From positions 19,047 through 83,046 of the forward strand of contig JAVCDH010000091.1 in NCBI GenBank assembly GCA_030765805.1: a stretch of 64,000 nt of DNA. The letters are read 5' to 3'. Position numbers and translations under genes: made by a program. The DNA is from Candidatus Euphemobacter frigidus (GTDB taxonomy: Bacteria; Auribacterota; Erginobacteria; Erginobacterales; Erginobacteraceae). The notes under the pieces were generated by a model. The model was given only the letters and a program-made list of their open reading frames with translations. It searched no databases and had not been told where the DNA came from. How positions within the stretch are numbered: the stretch's first letter is position 1; the number at the start of each line of letters is the position of its first letter. This document shows positions 35,606-46,306 of this stretch, piece by piece.

Positions 35606-36153
35606 GGTTTAAAATTTTGTTTCTGCTCCACCACCAGCATCCAGTTTCCAGTCGGCTCCCACACCCGGATGAGTTCCGGATACGCGATGGTTCCCGCCCG
35701 GGTCCTCCCGGAGTGAATATGAAAGATATTTTTTTCGTCGTCATAGCCGTGGACAACCATGAAGTGATTCCGGCCGGGGCTCCCGCTCGCGCCTACGAGG
35801 ACAATGACCGGGACATTCCGAGCGATATATTCTTTCACCAGCCGGATTGATCCTTCAAATGCCCGGGCATCAAAGCCATGTCTCCGGGCTGAGACCAGCA
35901 TGTCAAGATTGAGGGAGCCGGAGAGATTCTCCCGGAAGATCTCCCCGGCCAATTCTTCCGGGGGAATCCGGACATTATAATATTCGAAGACCATTGCCAG
36001 GGTTGCCGGCCCGCAATGTTCTCTCTTTTGCCGGAGATAGGGAACATTCGCGATTTGATGGCGGCGGGGAAGAGAGGGCGGAGACAAGACAGTTGATGCC
36101 GGAGGGGAGAGAAGCAAAAGATTAAGGAGAGCAAACACCCCGGATAGCTTCAT
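35602..36153 (-). CDS. secreted papain-fold cysteine peptidase, C39-like (PA2778-like family)
   Basis: Signal peptide. Catalytic Cys context QKREHCGPATLAMVFEYY and His in NHFMVVHGYD. ATGA overlap with the TPR gene. Confidence 0.6.
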   Translation of the reverse strand: MKLSGVFALLNLLLLSPPASTVLSPPSLPRRHQIANVPYLRQKREHCGPATLAMVFEYYNVRIPPEELAGEIFRENLSGSLNLDMLVSARRHGFDARAFEGSIRLVKEYIARNVPVIVLVGASGSPGRNHFMVVHGYDDEKNIFHIHSGRTRAGTIAYPELIRVWEPTGNWMLVVEQKQNFKP

Positions 36154-36203
36154 AATGGGTGGACCGGGTCGGCCAGCCGGCCGGAGAAGTCAGCCCGGAT
36201 CTG

Positions 36204-36590
36204 TTATTTGTTGGCTTGGGAGAAGAGATAGACGCCGGTGATGGCGGCCAGTACGATGACAATAACCAGTCCCACCCCGAGGGCTCTTGCGCCCTGGTCT
36301 TCTTCGCCGCCGGCCATGATCTTCTCCACGGCGACCGCCAAATGATGGATTTCATCTTCCGAGAGAAGCGCCAACTTCTCTTCCGCTTCTTCGCGGCTCC
36401 AGCCCATCTTTTCTATGGAGATAGTGATAATCTCCTTCTCCAGTTCTATCCGGGAAGGTTCCGCTGTATCCGTTCCCCGGGCCCGGGAGAGAAGCAGACC
36501 CGCCGAGCCCGGAGACGAGAGGCAGAGCATCCCGGCTACGAAAAGGGCGACCGTCATCCATGGCCATCTGAGCATTGTATTTAAGAGCAT
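36204..36590 (-). CDS. small secreted protein with C-terminal membrane anchor (possible PA2779-like partner of the C39 peptidase)
   Basis: 128 aa, N-terminal signal, acidic helical middle (EEAEEKLALLSEDEIHHLAVAVEKI), C-terminal TM helix LGVGLVIVIVLAAITGVYLF. My nucleotide indexing here may be off by 1 relative to the tool coordinates. Confidence 0.4.
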   Translation of the reverse strand: MLLNTMLRWPWMTVALFVAGMLCLSSPGSAGLLLSRARGTDTAEPSRIELEKEIITISIEKMGWSREEAEEKLALLSEDEIHHLAVAVEKIMAGGEEDQGARALGVGLVIVIVLAAITGVYLFSQANK

Positions 36591-36610
36591 GATATAATTC
36601 CCGGTTATCT

Positions 36611-37703
<1,093 letters not shown>

Positions 37704-37704
<1 letters not shown>

Positions 37705-37883
37705 CAGCTGATCCCCAGGCAGTCGAGGCAGAGAAAGCGGGCGTTTCTCTGGGTCTCCGCGTTCTCCTTGAGGGTAATTCCCCAGATAATCATCGCGATC
37801 GCCAGCAGAAGCAGCAGGATTGCCGGGTGGAATTGCTTTTTAAAGAGGAGGTAGTAAATTCGCGGTGTCCTATCGTTGCGCAT
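37704..37883 (-). CDS. small membrane protein (hypothetical), translationally coupled to the polyferredoxin gene
   Basis: ATG (MRNDRTPRIYY...), one TM helix, C-terminal CLDCLG. Start uncertain; the tool start at 37964 is a GTG. Confidence 0.3.
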
Positions 37884-37920
37884 AATGACATCTCCAGGTT
37901 TCCGCTTCGTAATTTGAATA

Positions 37921-38020
37921 AAACTATTGAATAGGCAACATCGTATAGAAATTAGGTGAACCACTCCCCATTCCCTAATCCCTATTCCCCAAATTAGCCC
38001 CGCCAGGGTCGGGCTAATTT
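37921..38020. repeat. ~100-nt dispersed element, copy B (inverted relative to copy A at 21468-21570)
   Basis: aaactattgaataggcaacat...ccactccccattccctaatccctattcccc aaattagccccgccagggtcgggctaa. The reverse complement aligns along its length with 21468-21570 (shared atgttgcctattcaatagttt, GGGATTAGG repeats, ccctggcgggg hairpin). Confidence 0.8.
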
Positions 38021-38547
38021 AACTTAAGCAGGGCTTTAATATCTGCCTCGAAGATATTCTTCGGTCGATAGCCGATGTACTTCCGGTAGATGTTGCCTTT
38101 CCGGTCGATAATGAAGGTGGTGGGGATTCCGAAGATGCCTCCGTAAGTTCTGTCTACCCGTCCATCGAAGAGCAGGATAGGGTAATTTATGTTATATTTT
38201 TTTACAAATGGTCGCAATACCTGCCCGGGATTCCGGTCCAGGCTGAGCCCCAGAATCATTAACCCCCGTCCGGAGTATTTTCTGTAGAGGTCAACGAAAT
38301 CCGGTATCTCCACCAGGCAGGGCGGACACCGGGTGGCCCAGAAATCAAGGATGATAACCTTCCCGCGGTAGTCGGAGAGTCTGACCCGGCCGCCGCCGAA
38401 TTTTTGCAGATCAAAGTCGGGAGCGGCCTGTAACCCCGCAACTTTCTTTTTAGTCACGGCCTTCTCTTTTGTCTCACAGCCATTCAGCCAGATAGCTGCG
38501 AAGAGAGATAGAATGATGATCGTGGCAAGGTTACGCGTCTTCTTCAT
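38014..38547 (-). CDS. TlpA/ResA-like thiol-disulfide oxidoreductase (thioredoxin fold) lipoprotein
   Basis: Signal + lipobox (WLNGCE), active site WATRCPPC, AhpC/TSA-like fold. Confidence 0.8.
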   Translation of the reverse strand: MKKTRNLATIIILSLFAAIWLNGCETKEKAVTKKKVAGLQAAPDFDLQKFGGGRVRLSDYRGKVIILDFWATRCPPCLVEIPDFVDLYRKYSGRGLMILGLSLDRNPGQVLRPFVKKYNINYPILLFDGRVDRTYGGIFGIPTTFIIDRKGNIYRKYIGYRPKNIFEADIKALLKLN

Positions 38548-38560
38548 GAATTATAATCAC

Positions 38561-40057
38561 CTAGAAATTAATATCTTCCGGGCGGTAGTTCAACTCATCC
38601 TTGAGGCGCAGCTCGTCGTCATAATGGAGGATCGGGCGGCGGATAGCCAGGACATCGTCGGTCCGGCGGATTCTGGTCCGATGGGGGGCATCCCGCAGCA
38701 ATTCCGGATTGCTCCGGGCCTCTTCCGAGATCTTGATCATCACCGCGATAAAATCATCGAGGACCTCTTTCCCCTCTGACTCGCAGGGCTCGACCATCAT
38801 CGTTTCTTCAGCGTACGGCTTAAAATGAGGGAAGTAGATGGTGGGAGGATAGTAGCCATAGTCCATCAGCCGCTTGGCGATATCCATGGTCTTTACCCCC
38901 AGCTTTTTGTAGTCGCGACCGGTCAGGACGCATTCATGGGCGCAGAACCGGTCATAGGAGGGGCGATAATAATCCTTCAACTTTACCAGAACGTAGTTGG
39001 CGTTGATGACACTCGCCTCCGATACCTCGCGCAATCCCTTCCCCCCCAGGGAGAGAATCCAGGCATAAGCTTTAATCAGGACGGAAAAGTTGCTCCAGAA
39101 GGCCCTCATCATCCCGATGCTCTTCTCTCCCGGATCACGGAGCCGGTAGTTCTCCCCGTTGAAGACGACTACCGGGGAAGGAAGATAAGGCGAGAGAAAC
39201 TTCTTCACCCCGACCGGACCGGCGCCGGGGCCTCCTCCGCCGTGGGGCGTCGCGAATGTCTTATGGAGGTTGAGATGAACTATGTCAAAGCCGGTATCCC
39301 CCGGCCGGAGTATCCCCAGGGTGGCGTTGAGATTTGCTCCGTCATAATAGAGGAGGCCGCCTTTACCATGCACGATCTTAGCTATCTCGTCGATCCGGCC
39401 ATCGAACAGCCCCACTGTATTGGGATTGGTAAGCATCATCCCGGCGGTGTCTTCGTCCATCAACCGTTCCAGTTCCCCGATATCGACGGTTCCCGATTTA
39501 TTTGATTTCAGCTCAACCACCTTGAACCCGGCCATCGCGGAAGAGGCGGGGTTGGTCCCGTGAGCGGAGTCCGGTACCAGCATCTTGCTCCTCTGTTCTC
39601 CCCGGTCCTCAAAATACTTCCGGATAATCAAGATCCCCGCCAGCTCCCCATGAGCTCCGGCGGCGGGGGCCAGGGTGTAGGCATCCATCCCGGTGATCCG
39701 GCAGAGTAGTACACTTAAGTCGTGCATCAACTTCAGACACCCCTGAACGGTATCCGCGGGAGCAAAGGGATGGGCGTTGGCAAAATTACCCAGCCCGGCC
39801 AGGTGCTCGTTCACCTTGGGGTTATACTTCATGGTGCAGGAGCCCAGCGGATAGAGGCCGTCCTCGATCCCGTAGTTGAACTTGGAAAGCTGGGTGAAAT
39901 GACGGACCACATCGACCTCCGAGGCCTCGATGAGGTCCTTTTTTCGGCCTCGCGCGTAAGGAGGGATGCAGTCCTCCACCCGAATCTCCTCGATCCGGTC
40001 CGCGGGCAGGGAGTACCCCACTCTTCCTTTTATACTCTTCTCAAATATTAACTTCAT
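38561..40057 (-). CDS. gcvPB: glycine dehydrogenase (decarboxylating) subunit 2 (P-protein C-terminal half)
   Basis: 498 aa, PLP-lysine region LHKTFATPHGGGGPG, and family motifs CTMKYNPK, DSAHGTNPASSAMAG. Confidence 0.9.
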   Translation of the reverse strand: MKLIFEKSIKGRVGYSLPADRIEEIRVEDCIPPYARGRKKDLIEASEVDVVRHFTQLSKFNYGIEDGLYPLGSCTMKYNPKVNEHLAGLGNFANAHPFAPADTVQGCLKLMHDLSVLLCRITGMDAYTLAPAAGAHGELAGILIIRKYFEDRGEQRSKMLVPDSAHGTNPASSAMAGFKVVELKSNKSGTVDIGELERLMDEDTAGMMLTNPNTVGLFDGRIDEIAKIVHGKGGLLYYDGANLNATLGILRPGDTGFDIVHLNLHKTFATPHGGGGPGAGPVGVKKFLSPYLPSPVVVFNGENYRLRDPGEKSIGMMRAFWSNFSVLIKAYAWILSLGGKGLREVSEASVINANYVLVKLKDYYRPSYDRFCAHECVLTGRDYKKLGVKTMDIAKRLMDYGYYPPTIYFPHFKPYAEETMMVEPCESEGKEVLDDFIAVMIKISEEARSNPELLRDAPHRTRIRRTDDVLAIRRPILHYDDELRLKDELNYRPEDINF

Positions 40058-40096
40058 CTTCTCTCCCTAACTACTACAGCTAAATATAACCGCGGA

Positions 40097-41440
40097 TTAT
40101 GTGGATAAGAGTTGGGTGACGCGATTGAGTTTTTCCCGGCTGAAGATCTCGGTCACGCAAAAAAGCGCGGTGTTCTCCAATGATTCGTCTCCAATAAATG
40201 CGCCCAGGGCCAGGGGGGGGAGGAAGCCGGCTTCAAGTAAGCTCGCCCTGATCCCGGGGAGCGGTTTTTTGCTTCTAAGCAGGAATTCATTAAAGAAAGG
40301 ATAGTCGAAGACCCGTTCAAACCCGCCTGAGGCGACCAGCCGTTCCTCCAGGTAATGAGCGGCCCGGGTATTGAGGAGGGCGGTCTGATAGAATCCTTCG
40401 GTCCCCAGGAGGGAGAGGTAGATATCGGAGGCGATGATATTAAGACCGTGGTTGGAGCAGATGCAGGAGGTCGCCTTCTCTCTCCGGATATCCTGCTCCC
40501 GGGCCCGGGATGTCATCACGAAAACACGCTTGCCGTCCCGGTCCACCGTCTCTCCCGCAATCCGGCCGGGGAGCTGCCGGAGATACTTCTTCCGGGCTCC
40601 GAGGTATCCGTTATAAGGGCCCCCGAAGCTGAGTTCCATTCCCAACGACTGAGCCTCCCCGGCCACGATATCGACGTCCATTTCACCGGGCGTCTTCAAC
40701 AACCCCAGGGAGATACTCTCCGCCACCACCTGGATAAACAACGCGGAGCGGGCATGAGCGAGCCCGGCTAATTCCGCGATCTTCTCGATCCCGCCGAAAA
40801 AATTCGGGCTCTGAACGATCACCGCCGCCGTATCATCAGTTAGTACTTTTTCCAATCTCGGTCCGGCGACCAGCCCATCCTGATAGGGCAGTTCGATTAT
40901 CTCCGTCCCATGGGGAGCGGTATAGGTCTCGACAACCGATCGGTAATGAGGATGGAGGGTAGAGGAGATGATGATCCTGTTCTTCCTGGTCAGGCGGAGA
41001 GACATCAAGGCTGCCTCCGCGGTGGCCGAGGCGCCGTCATACACCGAGGGGATGACGACCTCCATCCCGGTTAACCGGGCGAGGTAGGTCTGCAGCTCAA
41101 ACATCGCCTGGAGGGTGCCCTGGCTGAGTTCCGGTTGATAGGGGGTGTAGGAAGTGTAGAACTCTTCCCTCCCCAGCAGGGCCTGGATTGCCCGGGGGAG
41201 ATGGTGTTTATAGGCGCCGGCTCCAATCAGCGGTTTCAGGGAAGTGAAGTCGGCGTTTCGTTTGGCCAAGTCAGCGAACTCCTCCTCCAGCTCCGCCTCC
41301 GAGAGGGGTCCCGGGATATCCAACTCCCCTCTGAATCTCATCTCCTCGGGTATAGTCCCGATCAACTCTTCAAAAGATGAGACCCCGATCTCCTTCAGCA
41401 TCTCCCGCTTCTGCTGATCGGTATTGGCGATATAGCGCAT
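40097..41440 (-). CDS. gcvPA: glycine dehydrogenase (decarboxylating) subunit 1 (P-protein N-terminal half)
   Basis: MRYIANTDQQKREMLKEIG..., YTPYQPELSQGTLQAMFE. ATG at 41440 preferred over the tool start. Confidence 0.9.
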   Translation of the reverse strand: MRYIANTDQQKREMLKEIGVSSFEELIGTIPEEMRFRGELDIPGPLSEAELEEEFADLAKRNADFTSLKPLIGAGAYKHHLPRAIQALLGREEFYTSYTPYQPELSQGTLQAMFELQTYLARLTGMEVVIPSVYDGASATAEAALMSLRLTRKNRIIISSTLHPHYRSVVETYTAPHGTEIIELPYQDGLVAGPRLEKVLTDDTAAVIVQSPNFFGGIEKIAELAGLAHARSALFIQVVAESISLGLLKTPGEMDVDIVAGEAQSLGMELSFGGPYNGYLGARKKYLRQLPGRIAGETVDRDGKRVFVMTSRAREQDIRREKATSCICSNHGLNIIASDIYLSLLGTEGFYQTALLNTRAAHYLEERLVASGGFERVFDYPFFNEFLLRSKKPLPGIRASLLEAGFLPPLALGAFIGDESLENTALFCVTEIFSREKLNRVTQLLST

Positions 41441-41470
41441 GTAAATCAATCTCCGACCGCTCAATTTAGG

Positions 41471-41857
41471 TTATACTTCTTCTTCCTTCAGGTACTTCTC
41501 GTACGCGGCATAGTCCATCAATTCGTCGAGAGGGGCCGAATCAGAGATCTCAAGCTCGACCAGCCAGCCCTCGCCGTAGGGAGACTCGTTGATCTTCTGA
41601 GGATTATCCTCCAGATCGGAATTGACCGCGGTGATCTTTCCGGGTGCCGGAGCGTAGACGTCGGAGGTCGCCTTCACTGATTCCAGAGTCACCAGGCTTG
41701 CCCCTTTCTCCACTTCTGTTCCCGGCTCAGGAAGCTCCACATAGACAATATCGGTCAATTCCTTCTGCGCGTAATCGGAGATGCCGATACGGGCCGGCGA
41801 TTTGCCGCTTTCAATCCATTCATGGTCCTTGGTAAAAAGTAAGTCTTCCGGATTCAT
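41471..41857 (-). CDS. gcvH: glycine cleavage system H protein (lipoyl carrier)
   Basis: SD aaggagg. LFTKDHEWIE..., lipoyl-lysine motif LESVKATSDVYAP. Confidence 0.9.
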   Translation of the reverse strand: MNPEDLLFTKDHEWIESGKSPARIGISDYAQKELTDIVYVELPEPGTEVEKGASLVTLESVKATSDVYAPAPGKITAVNSDLEDNPQKINESPYGEGWLVELEISDSAPLDELMDYAAYEKYLKEEEV

Positions 41858-41908
41858 CAGGAGCCTCCTTATTTTATTACCGCGCGGAATCGCGCCGTTC
41901 GAATCGAT

Positions 41909-42199
41909 TCACCAGCTTTTTGAGGCATGGGCCCTCCGCCGGTGGGCTTGAGGATCGATGAACATCTGCTCTATCCCCTTTTCCTTCATCTCCAGAAAAT
42001 GTTTCCAGCGCTTGGGTCCGATCACCTTCTCGATGGTGCCCGGATCCAGCACCTGCGGCGGGAGACAGAACTCGAGTTTGATTGTGCAGGTCTCCAGCCG
42101 CTCTTCCCCTTCATCGGTGAGGGTCAGCTTAACGATAAAGACACCATTAATTGTGGGGCTCTCCAACTGATAGCCGCCTTCTATCCCTTTTGCGATCAT
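41909..42199 (-). CDS. hypothetical small protein in the gcv cluster
   Basis: ATG with ggagaaag SD, 96 aa, no recognisable domain (MIAKGIEGGYQLESPTINGVFIVKLTL...). Confidence 0.35.
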   Translation of the reverse strand: MIAKGIEGGYQLESPTINGVFIVKLTLTDEGEERLETCTIKLEFCLPPQVLDPGTIEKVIGPKRWKHFLEMKEKGIEQMFIDPQAHRRRAHASKSW

Positions 42200-42217
42200 A
42201 GTTCTTTCTCCCGGCTG

Positions 42218-43684
42218 TTATTGGTATTTCTTCAGAAGTCCGGTCTTATCATTGAAATCCTTGATTAATTCATCCCATTCTTCGTAGGCATGGAACTGCT
42301 TAGACCAGTAATCGTCGTCATACCACTGGGCGTTCAGTTCTTCCAGTTCCTTTCCCTGCTGCTCGATCCAGGTAAAATACTTGAGATTATGCATCCGTTT
42401 CTTATCCCAGTAAGTGAGTTCCTTCATCCAGTCGATGGTCTGGGCCATCAATGATCTTTCAAAATCCAGGATCGCTTTCATTTCAGTGTAGTCACCGTAC
42501 TCTTCCTGTTCTTCCACCAGACGCGATCCATACATATCCATCGAGTCGGTAGCCACGGTCATGATAATGGAATCGTCATTCATCTCGTAGTACTTCGCCA
42601 TCTTGATGCAGCCCAGAAGATTGGCAACCGATGATATCCCCAGCAGATTGAGCCGGTTCACCACCTCCGGGTCGATCCCTTTCTTCTTTAGATACGCCAG
42701 GCCGGCCGGCTCGTTAAAGAGACGGATCAGATCCATGCAGTCCTGATCATCGATATCGATCACCATATCCATGGTCTTGATGTTATGGATCCAGGGGACA
42801 TGCTTATCTCCGATTCCTTCGATCCGGTGACCGCCGTATCCATTGTAAAGCAAGGTCGGGCACTGGAGAGCTTCCGCGGCCCCCACCTTGATCTCAGGAA
42901 ATTTCTCTTTCAGGTACTCCGCGCTGCCCAGTGTACCGGCGGACCCCTGGGTGAGACAGAGGGCGCGCAATTTTTCTTTCCCTCTCCTCTTCGCGTGGTA
43001 GACCTCTTCCATCGCCCGGCCGGTGCAGACATAGTGCCAGATGGCGTTGCCGATCTGATCGAACTGGTTCAGAACCACGATCTCATCCGGCCGCTTCATC
43101 TTCAGTTCCTTGGTCTTATCGTAGACCTCCTTCACATTGCTCTCGCAGCCCGGGGTGGCAAAGATCTCGCATCCAACCTTCTTCAGCCAGTCAAACCGCT
43201 CCCGGGACATCCCCTCCGGAAGGACCGCGATTGAAGGACAGGCCAGGAGATACGCGTCATAGGCGCCCCCCCGGCAGTAATTCCCGGTTGAGGGCCAGAG
43301 AGCCTTCTGGCAGGTAGGATCGAACTCGCCCCGGACCAGTTTTTCGACCAGCGGGCCGAAGGTGGCCCCTACCTTGTGGGCTCCGGTGGGAAAGTACTTC
43401 CCGACCAACATTAATATTCGGGCCCGTACCCCGGTCAGTTCCCGGGGGATCTCCAGATAATTGACCTTCCCGAAACCACCGCCGACCTGCACCGGTTCAT
43501 TTTTCCAGGTGATCCGGAACATATTGCGGGGACTCAGGTCCCAGAGGCCGATACTTTTTAGTTCGTCTTTGATCCCGGCGGGGATCTTCCCGGGATCGGC
43601 CATCTGTTCATAAGTGGGGATGATGATATCCCTTTCCCGGCATCTTTTAATAGTGTTCTCGAGAACTTTTTCCTTATCTTTCAA
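42218..43684 (-). CDS. PLP-dependent fold-type II enzyme, TrpB-like (tryptophan-synthase-beta-related) with ~130-aa C-terminal extension; function unknown
   Basis: TTG start with strong aaggagg SD 9 nt upstream. PLP-lysine motif FPTGAHKVGATFGPL (TrpB-type GAHK), Gly-rich loop LTQGSAGTLGSAEY, 488 aa. Confidence 0.6.
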   Translation of the reverse strand: MKDKEKVLENTIKRCRERDIIIPTYEQMADPGKIPAGIKDELKSIGLWDLSPRNMFRITWKNEPVQVGGGFGKVNYLEIPRELTGVRARILMLVGKYFPTGAHKVGATFGPLVEKLVRGEFDPTCQKALWPSTGNYCRGGAYDAYLLACPSIAVLPEGMSRERFDWLKKVGCEIFATPGCESNVKEVYDKTKELKMKRPDEIVVLNQFDQIGNAIWHYVCTGRAMEEVYHAKRRGKEKLRALCLTQGSAGTLGSAEYLKEKFPEIKVGAAEALQCPTLLYNGYGGHRIEGIGDKHVPWIHNIKTMDMVIDIDDQDCMDLIRLFNEPAGLAYLKKKGIDPEVVNRLNLLGISSVANLLGCIKMAKYYEMNDDSIIMTVATDSMDMYGSRLVEEQEEYGDYTEMKAILDFERSLMAQTIDWMKELTYWDKKRMHNLKYFTWIEQQGKELEELNAQWYDDDYWSKQFHAYEEWDELIKDFNDKTGLLKKYQ

Positions 43685-43869
43685 TGCTGCTCAGCCTCCT
43701 TATTGTCTTATCGTGAAACTAAAATTTATAGGTCCCGTCCCGGAAAGATAGCGGGGACCATGGATCTTTTATTGAAATTACAACTTTAAAGATCAGCTCC
43801 GGGGAAGCAGGATACCGATTTAAATTGTCGTGCGCTCAAGACGCGCCCCAACTTCCTATGCCATATTTA

Positions 43870-45036
43870 TCAAAAGCCGCTTATGGAGTCAATCCGGTTT
43901 TGCCTCGAAAGCCCGGCCGCTTCACGGTAGACCTCCAGAGTTTTCCACGCGGTCTCCTCCCAGTTGAATTTTTCGGCGTGAATTCTACCGCGCGCGATCA
44001 ATCGACGACGGAGATCATCATTCGAAAGGCAATCCAGGAGAGTTCGGGTGATATCTTCCACGGAATAAGGGTTGAAGAGGCAGGCCGCCTCTCCCGCCAC
44101 CTCCGCCAGGGACGGAAGTTCTGAGCAGGCGACGGGAAGCCCGCACCGCATACTCTCCAGTATCGGTAGCCCGAATCCTTCCAGCAGAGAAGGAAAGACC
44201 AGCAGCCTTGCTTCGTTATAGATGCACTCTTTCTCCCGTTCGGGTATCCAACCGGTAAAGACAACTCTTCCCCGCAGATTCAATCGTTCCAGCATATTCA
44301 CCAGTTTCTGGTAGTAACGGTTGTGCTTTACTCCGACGATCACCAGTTGATAGCGTTTCTCTTCTTTCAGGAGTTGGTAATAAGCTTCCAGGAGCCGCAT
44401 TAGATTTTTGTGCGGATGGGCCGCGGCGACGGTCAGGATAAACGGTGGGACAATCCCCGCCTTATGTAATATCCGGTTTCTTTCTTCGCGGGGGATTTGA
44501 GGGGGCTTGTCCTCCCCGCCCCCCATATAGATCGCTTTAATCTTCCAGAAGGGGATATCGAGCGCCCAGAGGATCTCGTCCCGGGAATACCGGGAGAGAG
44601 CGATGATGGCCCGGGCGCGCCGGGCCGAATGCCTCACCAGAAACCGCATCCACGTTCGGGCCGCGAAAGGGAAGGTCTCCGGGAATTCAAGATAGATCAG
44701 GTCGAGGATAGTTATTACCGAAGGGCAGGGAGAGAAGAGAGGGGCGACGAAACCGGGAGAATGGAGAACATTCAGGTTGTGTTGCCGGGCCCGGTATGGA
44801 AGGACGAGTTGTTCCCAGGCGATCCGGTGGGGACGGATCAGGGCCCGGACCGGGCAGTGGTGCTCCCGGAAGTTATCGCCCAGATCGAAGGAGCCGCTGT
44901 TCTCCCGGTTGGTGAAGACGATATACTCATTCTCCCGGTCGATTCGGGAGAGAGCCGAGATCAGCCGCCGGAGATAGATCTCGCTCCCCCCGACCCGTCC
45001 AGGGATAAGATATAAAGCGTTGATACCGATCTTCAT
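43870..45036 (-). CDS. glycosyltransferase family 4 (GT-B, retaining)
   Basis: N-terminal GGSEIYLRRLISAL, C-terminal EX7E region FPSLLEGFGLPILESMRCGLPVACS. Confidence 0.8.
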   Translation of the reverse strand: MKIGINALYLIPGRVGGSEIYLRRLISALSRIDRENEYIVFTNRENSGSFDLGDNFREHHCPVRALIRPHRIAWEQLVLPYRARQHNLNVLHSPGFVAPLFSPCPSVITILDLIYLEFPETFPFAARTWMRFLVRHSARRARAIIALSRYSRDEILWALDIPFWKIKAIYMGGGEDKPPQIPREERNRILHKAGIVPPFILTVAAAHPHKNLMRLLEAYYQLLKEEKRYQLVIVGVKHNRYYQKLVNMLERLNLRGRVVFTGWIPEREKECIYNEARLLVFPSLLEGFGLPILESMRCGLPVACSELPSLAEVAGEAACLFNPYSVEDITRTLLDCLSNDDLRRRLIARGRIHAEKFNWEETAWKTLEVYREAAGLSRQNRIDSISGF

Positions 45037-45110
45037 TATTTTTTATCTTATAGAAATTTGTATTTTTTGACAGGATTTACAGGATAAAATGAAAAAAATT
45101 CGTAACTGCT

Positions 45111-45256
45111 CAGGTTGTCAGGTTCACGGTTCACGGTTTGTTGCCTTGCGCACTTCATGTGCCAATTGCCAAACCTCAATATCTTCAGACCGTTCAATCT
45201 TTATCACTCTCTAACCGTGAACCTTTGAACCGTGAACCCCTGAACCCCTGAACCGG
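45111..45256. repeat. inverted heptamer arrays (GGTTCAC units / GTGAACC units) flanking a ~70-nt core
   Basis: Left arm caggttgtcaggttcacggttcacggttt, right arm aaccgtgaacctttgaaccgtgaacccctgaacccctgaaccgg. Lies between the GT4 start and the GT2 stop. Confidence 0.8.
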
Positions 45257-45264
45257 AGTAGTTA

Positions 45265-46284
45265 CTACTCTTTTAAAGCGAGTTCCCGGGCGGAGAGAGC
45301 AAATCGTTTGAACCAGCTGTAGAACTCACGGTTGCTCACTTTCTTCCGGCGTTTGATCATCAAACGTTTCCGCCACATTCGGGGAATGCCGGCCAGAGCG
45401 GCCAGGTGGGCCTTGATCAATATCTTCAGCAGTGAGAACGCCGAGTACTTCCGGGCATACTCGCCCGCCGCCCCCTTCCCGGCCAGGACTCCGTAGACCT
45501 GAAGCAGAAGTCGAAAAGCCGCGTAGGCCGGCGCCAGCATTAAGGCCCCGGGAGGAAAGTATTTAATCGTCAGCCAGATCCGGTTCCGTTCTACCAGGAA
45601 CGCTTTAAAAGGCGAATAGGCCCCGGTAGTCGCCGAGTATTTATGATAAACGACGGCCGAGGGGACATAGATGACCTTCCAGCCCGCCAGCCTAATCCTC
45701 AGCGAGAGCTCGGCGTCATCGCCATAGATGAAGAATTCTTCGTCAAAGAACCCCACTTCATCCAACGCTTCCTTCCGGATCAGGAATGCGCAGCCACTGG
45801 GGGAGAGAACCTCTTCTTCTCTGTCATATTGTCCCCGATCAACCTCCAGACGACCCCGGCCCCGGAAAGTACCATCCCGATAAAATATATGTCCGACATT
45901 ATCAATTATCTCCGGCCGGTAATAGGAAAGAATCTTACATGCGGCCAGGCCATAACCGGGCCGGTCTCTCAAGGCCTCGACCATCGCCTCCAGCCAGCTC
46001 GGGTCGACTCGGGTATCGTCATTAAGCAGGGCGATATACTCTCCCCGGGCGTCTCTCAGCCCGGCGTTATTGCCCCCGGTATAACCGATATTCTCGGGAA
46101 GTTCGATAATCCGGGCGAAATCTCCGAAGCGCTCCCGAACGAATTCCGCTGAGCCGTCCTCCGACCCGTTGATCACCAGGATCACTTCCCGGCGGGGATA
46201 GGTCTGCGCCTTGAGAGCGTTCAAACACTCTTCCAGATGTTCCCGGCCATTGCAGGTCAGGACGATGACAGAAACTAGTTCCAT
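45265..46284 (-). CDS. glycosyltransferase family 2 (GT-A)
   Basis: MELVSVIVLTCNGREHLEECLNALKAQTYP, then DxD region LLNDDTRVDP. Confidence 0.8.
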   Translation of the reverse strand: MELVSVIVLTCNGREHLEECLNALKAQTYPRREVILVINGSEDGSAEFVRERFGDFARIIELPENIGYTGGNNAGLRDARGEYIALLNDDTRVDPSWLEAMVEALRDRPGYGLAACKILSYYRPEIIDNVGHIFYRDGTFRGRGRLEVDRGQYDREEEVLSPSGCAFLIRKEALDEVGFFDEEFFIYGDDAELSLRIRLAGWKVIYVPSAVVYHKYSATTGAYSPFKAFLVERNRIWLTIKYFPPGALMLAPAYAAFRLLLQVYGVLAGKGAAGEYARKYSAFSLLKILIKAHLAALAGIPRMWRKRLMIKRRKKVSNREFYSWFKRFALSARELALKE

Positions 46285-46306
46285 GATGGCTGTATCGGTG
46301 ATCGGG

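Noticed and set aside
45085-45110. TTGACA hexamer upstream of the GGTTCAC array, considered as a promoter.
   Set aside because: No acceptable -10 element at 16-18 nt spacing and the neighbouring genes are on the opposite strand; mentioned only in the repeat finding.
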